A stretch of DNA of 64,000 nucleotides, taken from the NCBI GenBank assembly GCA_050084985.1, contig JBITNC010000002.1:5022001-5086000 (forward strand). The letters run 5' to 3'. The notes below the pieces were generated by a model. That model searched no databases and had not been told where the DNA came from. It saw only the letters and a program-made list of their open reading frames with translations. The first letter of the stretch is position 1. Every line of letters starts with the position of its first letter. Shown here piece after piece: positions 40,275 through 55,300 of the stretch. Origin of the DNA: Nageia nagi. Lineage: Eukaryota; Plantae; Pinophyta. The translations under genes were made by a program, and so were the position numbers.

Positions 40275-42187
40275 TGTTAGAAATATTAGTGTTAAAAAAA
40301 TTATATTAAGGTGGTTAGGTTAGTTCCTAAGTAGTTAAGAAGTAGTTATGATGTATATTTCTATATATTGAAGTAATACAATATGAAGTTTATTGTACTC
40401 CAATACTTTCTAATATGGTATTAGAGCAGGTTTAAGATTTACTAAGAGAGATGGTCTAGTGAGAATGTTCTCCCAACCAAGGTTATGTGAAGAGATATAA
40501 TTCTATTTCTTTATTATTGTAAATAAATTATCTTTATTTGTTCTTTTTATTATGAGGAAATTTGTGTGTTATTTTGTGAGAGTTTATTTTCGTTTGTGTA
40601 TATTCTATTGCATTCTTTGGATATAAAGAGTCTTCCCTTTAGAAGATTGTGTACGATTGTTTCATGTCATGCAAGAAGGATTCAAGGTAGAAAACAGAGT
40701 CAATGATTATTCAAATGTAATTGTGGAACCAGAAACTATGCACTATACTTTCATGACCTCGTTTTCTCTAGGTTGAGTATCACTTTTTTACTTACATTTT
40801 GAAGGGTTGTGATGTTTTATGCCTAACATATATGAATACAAATCAATAAAGAGTAAAATGTAATGAACCTTGTTATATTTCCACTGAGGAGGTTGTATTC
40901 TAAAAAAGGAAAGTGCATGTTATGTCTAGAGAAGAAGTAGCTATTCGTCACGATTGAGGGCATTTACATGAGCTAATTTGTTTACCTATGAAAATATGTG
41001 GTGTCATTGTGATCTATTTAGATCATCAAAAGACATAAAGATTACACATTTTAAAGATTGAGAAGACATATATTATACTTGCATGCGAATACTATCTCAC
41101 GAGATTACAATGTTTAGATCTAGCATGAGAAAAGATCGTTCTCTAGTGCTGCTTGCCTATGAAGCCAAGAAGAAGCACTACACTAGTTTTTATATTTTCA
41201 TATGAATAGAAAGTTAAATGAAGAGAAAGGAATCAAAGGTTGTGGAAGTTATCATTGAGCAAGGGAATAATGGAAAGACCATTATGCCTATGCTAGGCAA
41301 GCAACCTAGCCAAAAGTTAGGCTATGTCTTAGTTGCAATAAGGCATTCTGTAGGCTATGACCAAAGGGTTTAAACAATAGTGTGGCTACAAAGGGGAAAA
41401 TAAATGATTGAATATAAAGAGCTTGTGCAATGCTCTGAGGAGGAGATTAGATGATACAACATAGAAGTAATAAGCTACCAAGAACAACGTGAACAATACG
41501 TTGCCATATAGTGCACAAGAGGAATAAGTTGCAAAGAAATGAAGTTAGTTTTTTGGGAAATATTAATGTTGGTGTTTTAGGGTTAAAAATATTATTAAGT
41601 ATTTTAGTTTTTAAAAATTACTTGAATTAGTTATTTTTATTAGTAAGGAGGTTGATGGTATTTTTAAGTTTAGACCTTATGGAGTGATAAAGTGTAGTTT
41701 TGTTGTTCCTCTCTTGGTGATTAAAATGTTGAAATTTTTGTCCTGAAAGTTAATATGTTTTCAAGTGATGGTAGATGCCACTCAATACCACACTTGAAGT
41801 GATGATTATTTCAAGCTACCAATAGCTTGTAGTAAATTAAGGATTCTATAAGCCTTAGATAGATGTGTTTATCCCTATCCTTGAGGATTAGTGAGTCCAT
41901 TATTATTGAGTATATTATTGGAGATAAATGAGCCAATCATCATCGTTGTTTGGATGTTAATGAGCATGATGCCACTACCGATTTAGAGGAGTTGTAATGT
42001 AAGGATAAAATCTATAAATTTTTCATTAAGAGGGGAGTTATAAATATTAGTATTAGAGAAATTATGTGTTAAAAATAAAGGTGGCTAGGTTAGTTACTAG
42101 GTAGTTAAGAAGTGCTTATGATACATATATTTCTATATATTTAAGTAATACAATTTGAAGTTTATTATGCTCCAATAATTTCTAATA
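40275..42187 (+). mobile_element. Short-LTR non-autonomous retroelement (TRIM-like), ~1.9 kb
   Basis: LTRs 40275-40415 and about 42036-42187, PBS TGGTATTAGAGC at 40416, PPT AAGAGGGG before the 3' LTR, no recognisable pol. The host Copia frame (FEI|EPS) rejoins across it. Confidence 0.85.
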
Positions 42188-42678
42188 AATTGAGCCATCT
42201 AACTATGATCAAGCTTGCACTAATGATTTGTGGGTGAAAGATATGGAAGAAGAGATCTCTTTCATTAAGAAAAATGATACTTGGGAGCTAGTGGAGCTTC
42301 CTCAAGGTAAAAAATGTATTGGTTGCAAATAGGTCTACAAGATCAAATATAATGTTGATGGGAGTATGGAAAGGTATAAAACAAGATTTGTTGTAAAGGG
42401 TTTCACTCAAAGGTATGGCATTGACTATGAGAAAACCTTTTCGCTAGTAGCAAGATAAGAAACCATCAGATTGGTTCTATCTTTGGTTGCACACAAAGGT
42501 TGGAAGATAAATCACATGAATGTAAAATGTTATTTTCTAAATGGCTATTTGGGTGAAGAGGTATTTGTTAAACAACCCCAATGATTTGAGATAAAAGGTA
42601 AGGAACATATTGTGCATAAGTTGAAGAAGGCCATGTATGGCATCGAACAATCTCTAAGATATTGGTAGGCAAGGATTG

Positions 42679-45600
42679 TATGATGTTCCCAAATTATTAT
42701 TATTCTAAAACTATTAGTAAATAAGTAATAATTTAGGAAATGTACAAGAATAAGAAATTATGCCATAAAAATACTCAACACATAAGCCAAGTGGAGAAAT
42801 AATGTCAAAGTCTTCATATTAAACAATGATGGAGTAAGTTACAATAAAAATGGCCTAAGAATTTTGATATTTGGCTCAAAGAACTAGATCTAGGGCATAA
42901 CACTCTCTAAATTATGATGTCACATTGTTAGGGCCTTTAATTCCCAAATTTAAGCTACAAGGTTAGTATGACTAAGGGTTTTCATCCTTAACCAAGATCT
43001 AGTGAGGGCTATGCCCCACTAAACGCTTCTCCATATTGGGATTTTATCAAATGAGAGGCCCAAGAGATGGCATTGCCATTCTAAAGGTAGAAGATGTCAA
43101 ATGTACTCAATGATGCCTTCCTACTCCTATACCAACCATATAAATAGGGTTCCTTCAAGGTTGGGAACCTACACAACCACCAAAGAGATGTCATGCTTGG
43201 GCATCCACATCTTGCCTCAGGATCACACCAAATCATGTGCTCATCCTATAATCATGCATTATAGTTATACCTTGGGATTCACACTCTTATACGTGAATGC
43301 TTCTAATATATCTCTATGAGGGAGACATCCCAATTTAGGGTTCATAATTAATCTATGGTACCCATAAATCTCCTATACCAGGTTACAATGATGTCTAATA
43401 ATACATGCAAGTAATAAATAAATAATCCTTACTGTAAAAGCACCCCTAAAAGGAATGAATTCTAAAAGGAAACATCATAAATTCCCAAATTGCTTGACCC
43501 CAAGTAATGCAATATTTTTGCAAATAATACATTCTTCAAGGTGGTGAAGTCTTGTCTTCAATTGATCCTTCATATCATTGATAATATCAAGATTCATACA
43601 TATTGTAAATGATCTTTGGAGTACTACCATTTTTGTCATACAAACTTTATCTTTCATATCTTAAAAATAAGCATATATGAAATCTACTAACTCATGTTTC
43701 CCCAACTCATTTTTGATGCAGAAATTAACACAAACAGAGAGTGCACATGTAGTAGAAAATCCCAAGTATGTATCAGAATTTGGTAAGTAGATTGCTAACG
43801 TTTGGTCTTCACCAATATCCTCTAACACGTAAGGCATCTCATCTAAAAGAGTCTCAAATAGTTCCTAACGATATCCAATAAATCAATCTCAACAATGCTC
43901 ATAGAAGGCTACACAAAGCCTCCATCTTTTCCATCTTATATTAATTTCCTACTTCTCTCCAATGCAACCCATGAGAAATGAAAAAGAGCTTCCAAATATT
44001 GATTGAAGATTTCCCAAAAAACTCCTCCTTCAAGGGAAGCCAAGATATCATCAAATGTAGTTGATGAATTTTATCCATTTTTGGTGACTTCAAGCTTGTG
44101 ATAAAAAATTTCCTAAATGTTCCTAAAGAATAGATAGTGCATGGCCATGTGTTTTCCCTAAAGCATGAACATTATCCTTGCAAATCTCATCAAATGGTAT
44201 TCAAGCATTTTTCATACTTTTATCCATTAATGCAACCTACCATGCATGTACACTTGTGCTAATACCATCATCAAATGGAGCAAGAGCTAGAGGTATATCA
44301 ACAATAGTCCCTAAATCCTCCATTGGATGTGAAAAAGCCTCAATGTCCAAGCATGCATTTACTAGCCCACCAAGTGTAGCCATTCATATTGCTACAATCT
44401 CCTTAATATTACCTTCTTTTTTCCAAAGCTTCACCATGATCCAAACTCAAAATACAGTCAAAAATTAACAAAGTAAGATTACCATTCATGATATACCTCT
44501 AATCAAGGCTTTGATGTTCATCACTAACTCCTGTGATGTCTAAAAGATCCTTCACCAAATGGAAGAATTATACAAGGGAAAAGATTGATCATTCCAACCT
44601 CACACAACTCCTTTCTACGTTCCTCAACTCATGACATCCTCCTTCCAATGCTGAAGATGACTTCACATCATCACATGGCTCCTCTAGGATATTCTACTCC
44701 ATGGCTAGTGTGACGTCCTCTAAGTTAAGTGATTTTACTCCACACACTCTTTCCAACCAGTTGGATGAAGCTCGAGGAAAATAGTTCTTGATTCCTTGTA
44801 GTGTGTACTCCTTCCCATCTACCTCAAACTTCATCACTAACTTCTGATAATTGGGATGAATGTCCCCAAAATTGTACAACCATCGCACTCCCAAAATCAA
44901 GTGAGGAATACTATCCAATGGGTAGACATAGAAATATTCCCTAGCCACATAATCTTGAACCCTTATGCTAAACTTATCCATTACCTTGTCCACTAATTTG
45001 AGTTTCCCATTAGTTTTGATCATACAAAACCCCTCAAAATCCTTGGACTTATGTCCCTTCTTGCACATAATTATTCATCAATGAAACTGTATGTAGCTCT
45101 TGGATCTATCAACACCATCATCTCTTGGTCAATAGCCATCCCCTTCACCTTAGGTGTGAAGTATTTGGGTACTCCATAGAGTGATACAATCATAACTCTT
45201 ATGGCATCCTTACTGTTAGAAGTAATACTTTCCTAATTCAAATCCAATCCTCCTAAGTCTATTTCTAGATCTGAATCATCATCTTCTAAAAGCACCTTAA
45301 TGTAGTGGACTTGTTAGTTGCCCAAGCACCTATGGCCACGCTCCCAAGGTTGATTGTAGCTAAATCATGTAAGTTCCTTTTCCTCATCTTATTCTTAGTC
45401 TCTTGGTTTTCTTTCTCTCTGTTGGTGGCTTTCTCCTTTTGATGGTTGGAGGTCCCACCTTGAATGTCCCTCTCCTAGACATCCCCATCCTAGATGGAAT
45501 AGTGGGATTAATCCTCATCATGTTAGGAGCCAAATCTAATGCTCTATTGATAGCATCTTATAGCTACATTAAGGAGAAGGCCTTAACTAAACCCCTTAGT

Positions 45601-47666
45601 GGTTCTATCAAGCCCTCCGTGAAGAGGAAGGTAATCCTCTTCTTTGAAATTCTAGGAACCATTACAATAATCCATTGGAATTTTACCATATATTCTTCTA
45701 CTAACCCCTTTTGCTTCACTACTGTCAGATTGTTGAAGTAGTCATCTTCATCCTTTCAGTTGAAGCGATCTATCATCCTTTTGCTGAAGACATCAAAGTA
45801 AGTGATAGATTCATGACCATGCGTAATCATATCATGTTGCCACCAGTCATACGCTAGGCCATCAGGTTGTAGGATGGAAAATTGTATGGCATCCTCCTTC
45901 ATCATGGGATCAAACATGGAGTATGTATATAGGTTTTTCTCATCTTGTTTCTTCCATCGAATAAGGGAACTTGCATTTTGCTAAGACTCTATTGCATATC
46001 TCTCTTATCCTCCCATAATCTGCCATGAAATTACTCTTGCATGCTCTCTTGCCCAAAAATTACAAATACATGGAGAAAGTGACACCACTCATGAATTTTG
46101 GAAAATTCAAAGAGTAATCTTGATATAAATGATTTAGCTCAAGCAAAGATATCAAGCTCGTACTACTTTCTTACCTTGTTAGAACATAAGCTTATTGGGA
46201 CATGGTATAGGTGGAGGTACTATAATCATCTTTAACATACTCCTCTTAAAAAATATCTCCATCATATGTTCTCCAGTAAGTGGATATCTGGTAGATATCA
46301 TTTTGAACAGTGAGTATTCCCCATCATCCACCATCTTGGTAGATTTAGATCTCTAAAATATAGGTTCTCCTCAATCAAACCTTAGGCCTCCTTGATCAAA
46401 CATTAGGCATTTAGATCTATCTTATGTTGCTTCTTCTTCTTCGTATTCTTTCTCGTGAGTCTTATTCAAGTATGCTTCTCCTCCTATTGTCTCCCTCTCA
46501 TGAATAGAAGTAGATCTCTCAGTATGGGGCATTTTAGGGCTTCCTCTATGCCCAACATCCCTCTCCTATGCTTCTCTTATGATTGCATGCTTATTCTGTT
46601 GGTGCATTTTACTTCATAATATTCTTCATCATATTTTGTAGGGAATCAAACCTTTGATTGACTAGATCCTTGGGTGGTATATCTCTTCCTTCATGCACCT
46701 CTTCTTCATGCTCTGACTCATTCATCCAACTTTATCGAGTTGAATCTCCATGTTGCCTCCCTACGTCATCCTTGGATCTGGTTTGAGGTTCCATGGGAGA
46801 CTTCTTCCCCTTTTGGCATAAGTAAACCTTCTCAATCAATTGCATTCAATATCTTTCCCAAAAGATGGCAAGATTATAGCTCTAATACCATAATTATGTT
46901 CCCATATTATTTTTATTCCAAAATTATTAATAAACAACCAATAATTCAAGAAATGTGCAAGAACAAGAAATTATGCCAAAAAAATACCCAATGCATAAGC
47001 CAAGTGGAGAAATAATACCAATGTCTTAGTATTGAACAATGATGGAGTAAGATACAACCAAAATAACTCAATAGGGCTGATGTTTGGTTCAAAGGATCAA
47101 ATCTAGGGCATAATACTCTCAAAATGTTGATGTCACACTGCTATGGCCTTTAACCCCTGGATTTGAGCTACAAAGTTAGTTTGACAATGGATTTTTATCC
47201 TTAGACAAAATCTAGTGAGGGATATGTTCCACTACACCCTTCTACATGCTGGGTTTCCATCCAATGAGAGGCCCAAGAGATGGCACTGCCACTTCGAAGG
47301 TAGAAGATGTCAAATGTACGTAATGCTATCTTCTTACTCCTGCTACAACCATATAAATAGGATTCCCTCAAATTTGGATGCTTATACACCCACCAAAGAG
47401 ATATCATATTTGGGCATCCACATCTTTACTCACTCATCCTCTAATCATGTGTTATATCTTGGGATCCACACTATTACACTTAAATGCTTCCAATTTATCT
47501 CTAGGAGGAAGATGTCCCACTTTGGGGCTCACAATCGATCCATGGGATCCATAAGTGTACCATATCATGTTATAATTATACCCAACAATACATGAAACTA
47601 ATAAATAAATACTCCTAGCTACAAAAGCACCCCTGAAAGGAATGAATTCTAAAAGGAAACATCACA
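42679..47666 (-). mobile_element. Ty3/Gypsy-derived non-autonomous element with gag and protease only
   Basis: LTRs 42679-43479 and about 46892-47666, TSD GATTG/AATTG, PBS at 46879-46890. gag remnant (WERGHRCLG), protease (VLIDPRATYSFI; LILGVRWL). No RT/INT recognised. Confidence 0.85.
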
Positions 47667-49011
47667 AATTGATGGGTACTTCCATCGATATGGTTTTAAA
47701 AGGAGAAAGAGTGAGCCCACCCTTTAGGTAATGACATCCTTCTTGTGTGTTTGTATGTTGATGAATTGATCTATGTGGGTAGTTTTCCACAAATGAATTA
47801 TGATTTCAAAACCTCTATGATACATGAATTTGAGATGAAAGATCTAGGACTAATGCATTATTTCCTAGGAATGGAAGTGTATCAAAGTGATGATGAGATC
47901 TTCATTTACCAATCCAAATATGCTCATAATATATTGGAAATATTTTGTATGGATGATTGTAAACCACAACCAAAACTAATAGCTCATGGTTATCTATTGT
48001 GTAAAGATGATGGAACACCAAAAGTTGATGGGACCACTTATAGAAGCTTGGTTGGAAGCTTAATGATTCTCACCAATATTAGGTTGTCTCACTTGTGTTA
48101 AGGTACATAAGTTATCCTTATGATGATCACTTGAAAGAAATAAAGAGGATTATGAGGTATGTCAAAGGCATAATAAATACTAGAATTCACTACTACAAGC
48201 ATGATGAGGTAAAAATTTATGGCTTTAGTGACTCAAATTGGGAAAGTAGTGTTGATGATAGGAAGCTCATATCAGGCCAATATTTCACTCTTGGATTAGG
48301 AGTCATTATATGGAGCTCAAAGAAATAAACTATCAATGGAATTTCATCCATAGAGGTAGAATACATTGTAAACACAAGTGCTAGTGCCCAAGCATTATGG
48401 TTAAGAAAAGTTATTGAGGAACTTAATGAGAAACAAAGTGGTCCAACTATTTTATGATAACCTACGTGCCATCCAATTAGCACACAACATAGTTCATTAA
48501 AAGAGATCCAAGCATTTCAACATGAAGTATCACTTCATCATAGATATGGTGGAAAAGAACATTATTGAACTGAGGTATTGCAACACCATGAATAACATAA
48601 CTGATATCTTCACCAAAGAGTTGTTAAATATTAGTTTTTAAAGCTAAGGAAATTGTTGGTGAGTCCCCTCAACATCATAAGGAGAATGTTAGAAACTTGG
48701 TTTTCCAAAAGGTCAAAATCTGACTTTGAAAGTTAGGTTTTCTACTCTTTGCTCACAAAAATGATCATGATTGCATTTCATGTTGCCCAAATATGATCCA
48801 TATTATGTTTCAATACAAATGTGATTGTATTTCCCAAATGCGATCGCATTTTAAAATAAAGTTTGTACTTTTGAATTTGGCATATTTATTTTATTGAATT
48901 TGACCATATATCTTAGATTAGGTAGATCTATTTTGAATCTTTGATTCATCTAAATGTTGTCTAGTATGTTGTAATTCATTTTTCATCAATGAAAGTAGAT
49001 TATACTTCTCA

Positions 49012-51600
49012 ATTTAAGTATGTGAATATAAATATTGATTCAAAAGATGCATTCAAGATGAAAGGGTGGAGCTATGAACTCATCTTGGATAATATATTGG
49101 AGAATTATCCCTTTAAAATGAATTAATATTGAAATAACAGATTTTGAAGTTGCTCAAAGCAATCTCAATAAGTGGATCATAAACTAGAATCCTATACCAT
49201 ATAATTGTATATCGTAGTGGGTCAAACAATAAGTTATAAATTATAACAAAAAATATTAATAGCATCTAGTTATCTCTGTAAGACATTGGTAAAGTTGGAA
49301 AGTAGGATCTCATCATTGATGAAAAGAAGAATAAAAATTAGCACATGATAAAGAAAATAATCATCCTTTGCATGAGTATGGTACTAGAGGAAATACTCAA
49401 GCTCATCAATATAGATATCAAAGAGGATCAAGGAAAGGGGATAATCTTATTTATCCCTAATAATACTCTTGATAGGGTCAAAGAGGCTATGAGGTGTACA
49501 AAACTAGTTTACCATAGTATCTTATAACCTAATGGTAGTTAGAATAAGGAGAATATCAAACATACCAATATCATGGAGTCATTGGAGAAGAAGAGATATC
49601 AACACTATGTCAAAATATTTTTTGAAGTTAACAAAGAAATAAAAGATTTTAGCAAAGTAATAGAGAGCTTCCTTGATAATGGTGTGAAGGGTAAAGATGT
49701 GATTAGTTGTTTAGTAGTCGCTCATAAAACTTACTTATTCCATGATTCTAAGCTTCATATTCTCTGGTTCTTATGATAATATTATTTCTAGCATTATATC
49801 ATATGGCTTGGCAAAGGTATGCCTAATCATAATAGTCTTGTAATTATTTAGATAATGGAAGTGTTGCTTGATTTGTGGATGGTATGAATAATATATTATA
49901 CCTAAGAGGGGGAAAATATAGGGAAAATAACCTCATTAAGGAGATTGGAAAGAGGAAAAGATAGTGAATCAACTCCATGTTTAAGGAACTTCATCTAAAA
50001 CCTCTCATATTATATATATTTACTAGTGATAAGTTTTTCAATAGCTTTCTTGATGTCACTGATATGAAATACTTGATAGGAGGGGGGAAGGAGAAGGTGA
50101 GAGATAAGGGTGATAGGTTGATCAAGTAAATCATAGAGGGAGTTGGCATAAGCAACATAATATTGTGTACCAATGGAAAAAGGTAGAGATATCTTTGGGA
50201 GAAGGGTGTACCAAAATAATTTGGGGGAATGGTGAAGGTCATGGAGGAGTACAAGTCAAATAGAAGAAAGATGTTCATGTTTTGTACACGTTAATATGTA
50301 ATGATACTCTTGGAACACATTCAGTGTAGATATAAGAAAGTAAGGGATCTTGTTAAGTATGTAAAGGTTATATGAATCTCCCATTTATAAAAAAAATATC
50401 CATATGTTGTGATTGGATTATCGCCATCTATTGAAACTTGAAGAAAACTCGAATCCTTAAGGTTAGTCTTATAAAGATAAAGATCATCCTTGGTAAGTTC
50501 TTAGATAGGTACATGTTGGACTCTAATGTGAGCATTAAATTCATCTAGGAGGGTAACCTTTCCCAAGTCAAGCAATCAAAATATCTTTGAGAAGAGGTCA
50601 AGAAATGGGTTATCGTCCATATGTATGTTGAAAGAAGATGTAAGAAGAAAGTAGCACATTGCGAAGAAGACATCTAGGGCGAGGGATACTCTTTGAAACC
50701 GTAACCATGTATAACTAAAATGTACATCTAAAGATAATAAGAACATAATAGGCCAAAGGATCTCTCAAATGAGCTAAGCAGCTCCATCAAAGCCTCAAAA
50801 CCCACATGACTTTTAATTTTAATGCCAACAAATTGAGAGCTAGAAATAACTAGTGATAAGAGGGAGGGCCCTTGCAAGGATCTCATTGTTCTTAATGAGG
50901 AAAATAATATCTTGCAAAGCTATAACATATTGGAAGATTCCAAGAGAAGACCATAATAAACCATTGGAATTCTAACATGCGATAAAGAAGTCATTAGCCT
51001 TAAGGAAGATCCAAGGGTGGAATCACTGTGAAGGTCCAAGACATGACCATCTTGGAGGAAGAGAGTCATATTGATGTCTTGATAATCATAAATTATGGTC
51101 TATTTATTCTTTTTGTTTCTATCAGGTACAACCAAAGAACAAGCTTTATGAAGATCATATACTTGAAGTCATGTGAGGTCAACATCTAAATAGATCTTGT
51201 TAGGAAGATGGAATAATCCCCTCGTACATTGTAAAGCTTGTAGGCATTCCTCTAGTGATAAAAAATGGATGATAAGAATATCTTCCAAGGTATTCCAAGC
51301 CTTGTCAAGAGTGATACCTTTCATATCTAAGATTTTATGTTGGGAAATATGATCAAAATGTAAAGGGATGATTGATTTTGAAAGATGATAAACTCAAAGA
51401 TTGAGTTCCTTAGTTTGACACATCCTTTTGTCCTTAACTTTTACCTTTTATTTCAAACATTGATGTATTTTTCGTTCCTTTGATGACCTATAACCATAGA
51501 TTTTGTTTCTTTATCTATTTTTGCATGGAATATTATTGAGCGATGGTTTCCTATATGAGGTGTTTTTTTTTGTGTAAGGATATTGAATTACTTGGTTTGA
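49012..51600 (+). mobile_element. Highly degenerate LINE-like sequence, right part
   Basis: Scattered remnants resembling the LINE ORF2 C-terminal region (NGS..F.D, C..C..EH). Boundaries approximate. Confidence 0.35.
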
Positions 51601-52389
51601 GTTTGAAAATAATGTTTTGGAGTTGTTGTGGAATTTATATGGTAAGGGAACTTGAGATTGTTCAAGTTTTCTAACTTTGTCTCAACTATATTATAAGAGC
51701 ATCTTTTTTATCCTTGTGCTACGTAGATTGTGTCTTAGAGATAAATTTTCTAATCATATGATTTGCTCTAGTTTATAATTATTCATTGGTATTAAATTTT
51801 TAGAGAGATCAATAATTAGTATTTCAAGCGAGTCCATTCTCGAATTGAACATATTTTCAATAATATTTATTCTATCCATGATAAGATCCTTAATTCTTGA
51901 TGTGGGTTCTTATTCCATGAGGTACAAACTATTTGAGACATTGGCACCACCATTGTCTCTATTATGCTTTTTTGGTTACATGGTGAAGAAAATTGATAGT
52001 CTTCTTTATTAATGTCTGAGGATAAATTTGACTTTAATGTTGATTTTGTCTTCTTTATTAGTATTAGCTTAAGAGAAAATAAATGATCCAAAGCTAGTAG
52101 ACTACCCTAATTCTTGATTGAAATTAGCTTTTGATCATAATGGAAGGGGGCGATAACCTTCAATTGAATAATCCTTACAAAACCATGTTACGAAGATAAG
52201 GAGCAAAAATAACAAGCAGCTCCTTTGAAGGTAAAAAAAAAAACCTTAGGGAGAACAAAGGATCCCAAGAACAAGGAGAGAGACACCTTTTTAGATTATT
52301 TTATTTTATTTTTTGATTAATTTTACTTTTGAACTTCTATAAAAAAAGGAACTAAGTCGATTTAATTATAAAAAATAAAAGGGAAATAT

Positions 52390-55300
52390 TGTTGAATTTT
52401 TCTATTAGAATCACTACACCCATGTCGTAGCTTGTTTGATTTCAGGGTGCTCACATCGTGTAGATGAATTTTTGTAGTTTCTATTTTTTAGTCATTTTTA
52501 TGTTTTTTTAGCTTGTAAGCTACATATTCTATATGGATTTCATTTGTGATAATATGGAACTTGTAGGATTGTAGAGTAGTGCTTTGTTATGTTTGTTTCA
52601 TGGATTTCATGTTATTTTCTAGTAGATTAGTTGATTCATGAGAGTATCATTCTTAAAAAATCATTTTGTAATCAAGTTCTAATCAAGAAATATATATATA
52701 TATGTACTATGTCATTTTGATAATATAATGAGAACAAAAAGTTTGCAATTCTCATTGTGGTATTAAAGCTAGTATGGTCTTTGGGTTAGAAAAAGCTTGT
52801 GGATGTTTTGTGAGTATCAATCTCTTGTAAGAGTGAGATACAAAGCTCCTTATTATGAATAACATAATGGCTAACAACAAAAACTCATGGCAAATTCCAA
52901 AATTGAATGGTGAAGATTATGAGTATTGGAGTATAAAGATGAACTTACTTACAAGGAAAAGGTGTTTGAGATACTATAGAAGATGTCTACAATGAACTTG
53001 CTAATTAGAGCACCCTCACAGGTCTTGATAAGATAGTAGGGAAGGAGGCACAAATGAAGAATAGTTGTGCTCTCTATCATCTTCAATCGAGCTTTGCGAA
53101 AAATATTTTTCCAAAAATAGCTTTATGCAAATATGTTGTTAACTTTAGAAAGCCTTAAAGGATGGATATCAAGGGAGTGACTAAGTAAATCAAGTTAAGC
53201 TTTAAACTCTTGAAAAGGAGTTTGAAAACCTAAATATGAAAGAAGAAAATATTGTAAATAGTGTAAGAGTGAAGGCTTATGTGAACAAGATACAAACTCT
53301 TGGTGAAGAGGTGAAAAAGGAAGTTATTATCAAGAAAGTGTTGAGAATGCTTCTTCTAAAATGGAATCATGTGGCCATAATAATTTAAAAGAGCAATTAT
53401 ATTTCCACTCTTGATTATGATTAATTTATAGGTACATTTATGTCTCATGAAGAGATACCACAAGAATATACATCTTCAAATGTTGGAGGTATGGAAGAAT
53501 ATATTTTTGCATCCAAGGAAGTTGAAGTTAGTGCAAGTGGACATGGAAGAGGGAAAGGTCAAGGAATGCATCAATCTCCTTCAACAGGAAGAGGTTGAGG
53601 AATAAGAGGTGCTTCTCAAGGTATATGAAGAGGAAGATGTGACAAGCAAATAAGCAATATTACTATTGTAACAAGTTTGGTCATCATGAAAGAGAATGTA
53701 CATTGAAGGCATCCCAAGAAGGAAGGAGAAGTGCACACTATGAAGAAGAGGAAGGATCTTAAAATTTATTTTTGACATATGATAAATTTGATCAAAATCT
53801 ATAAGAGACATGGATTCTTGATATAGGTTGCTCAAACCACATTGCTGACAAGGGGGAGTTGTTTGGTACAATGGACAAATCCTACAAGTCCAAGATCAAG
53901 CTTAGAGATGATAAACATTACAAGTTGAAGGCATATGAGCTATGGAAGTGAACACCAATGAAGGTCAAAAGAAGGTAAATGATATTTACTATAATCCAAA
54001 TTTGGAACACAATTTTTTGAGTATTGACCAAGTAATGGAGAAAAACTACAAGTTAGTTTTTTAGGATAGCAAGTGTGTAATATTTGATAAAAATCATGGT
54101 AATAGGTTGATCACAATAGTCTCTATGAGCAAAAAAATATTATTTCCTTTGAAGTTTGGAGGGAAATGAATCCAACTTGCAAATGTTTCCATTGAGAACA
54201 AGAGTTGTTTATGGCATCTAAGGTATGCTCATTTGAATTTCACTAGTTTGAGATTGTTGACATCTCAAGAAATGGTATATGGATTACATAAGGTTGAGGA
54301 CCACAATGATCTATGTGAAGTATATACTTTGGGAAAGCACTCAAGGATGAGTTTGCCTAAAGAAAAATCATGGAGAGCCTATTATGCACTTCAATTGGTG
54401 CATTTCGACATTTGTGGGGCAATGCAAATTATAAGTTTGGGTAAGAATTCATACTTTCTTACTTTAATTGATGATTTTTCAAGGATGTGTTTGGATTTAC
54501 TTATTGAAAACCAAACATGAGGCATTTGATTGTTTTAAAAATTTCAAAAATAATATTCAAAATCAAAATGTATGCTATGTAAAATGTTTAAGGACTAATA
54601 GAGGTGGATAATTTTGTTCAAATGAATTTCTCCAATTTCGTAAAGATTATGAAATTTAAAGGCAACTCATGACTACCTAAAGGAAGAATAGAACCATTGT
54701 TGAGATGGCAAGGAGCATGGTACAACCAAAGAAATTAATCAATGTGTATTAGGATGATGCGATTAGGACAACAATCTATCATCTTGAATAGAAGTCCCTC
54801 TAGCACCTTGGATGGCATCACTCTATATGAAGCATGGTATTATAATAAACCAGATGTAAATCATTTCAAAGTTTTTGGTTGTTTGACTTATGCATATGGA
54901 ACTGATGAACAAAGAAGAAAACTTGATCCAAAAAGTGAGGCATGTATTTTTATTGGGTATTATGATAATACTAAATATAGTCCTAAAACTTACAAGATTA
55001 TGGTTTCTAGAGATGTGTTTTTTGATGAAGGGGGAGTATATGGTCATCAAAAACTATATATTGATGATGGATCCAATGTTGAAAGCTCCTCAAATGTGCT
55101 TCCAACTTCCTCAAATGTGGATCCCAATGTTCAAACAAATAAATAATATTATATTCCAAGCCCCACAAATTTGCTTCCCAACTCCACAAATGTGGATCCC
55201 AATGTTCAAACAAACAAATATTATTATATTCCAAGCCCCACAAATTGTTCCTCCACAAGTGCTCTATCAAGTCCATCATTGAGTGATGATTCTTCAAGCG

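Larger units (their letters stand above)
35643..49011 (+). mobile_element. Ty1/Copia element A, full domain set but decayed, with three nested insertions
   Basis: 5' LTR 35643-37566 (split), 3' LTR 48687-49011, TSD ATTTG/ATTTA. gag (YEYWYIKMKTLLIGKGLW), protease, GAG-pre-integrase (WHLRYGHLNF), INT, RT (42188-42678, 47667 onward; LYVDELI), RNaseH. Confidence 0.9.
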
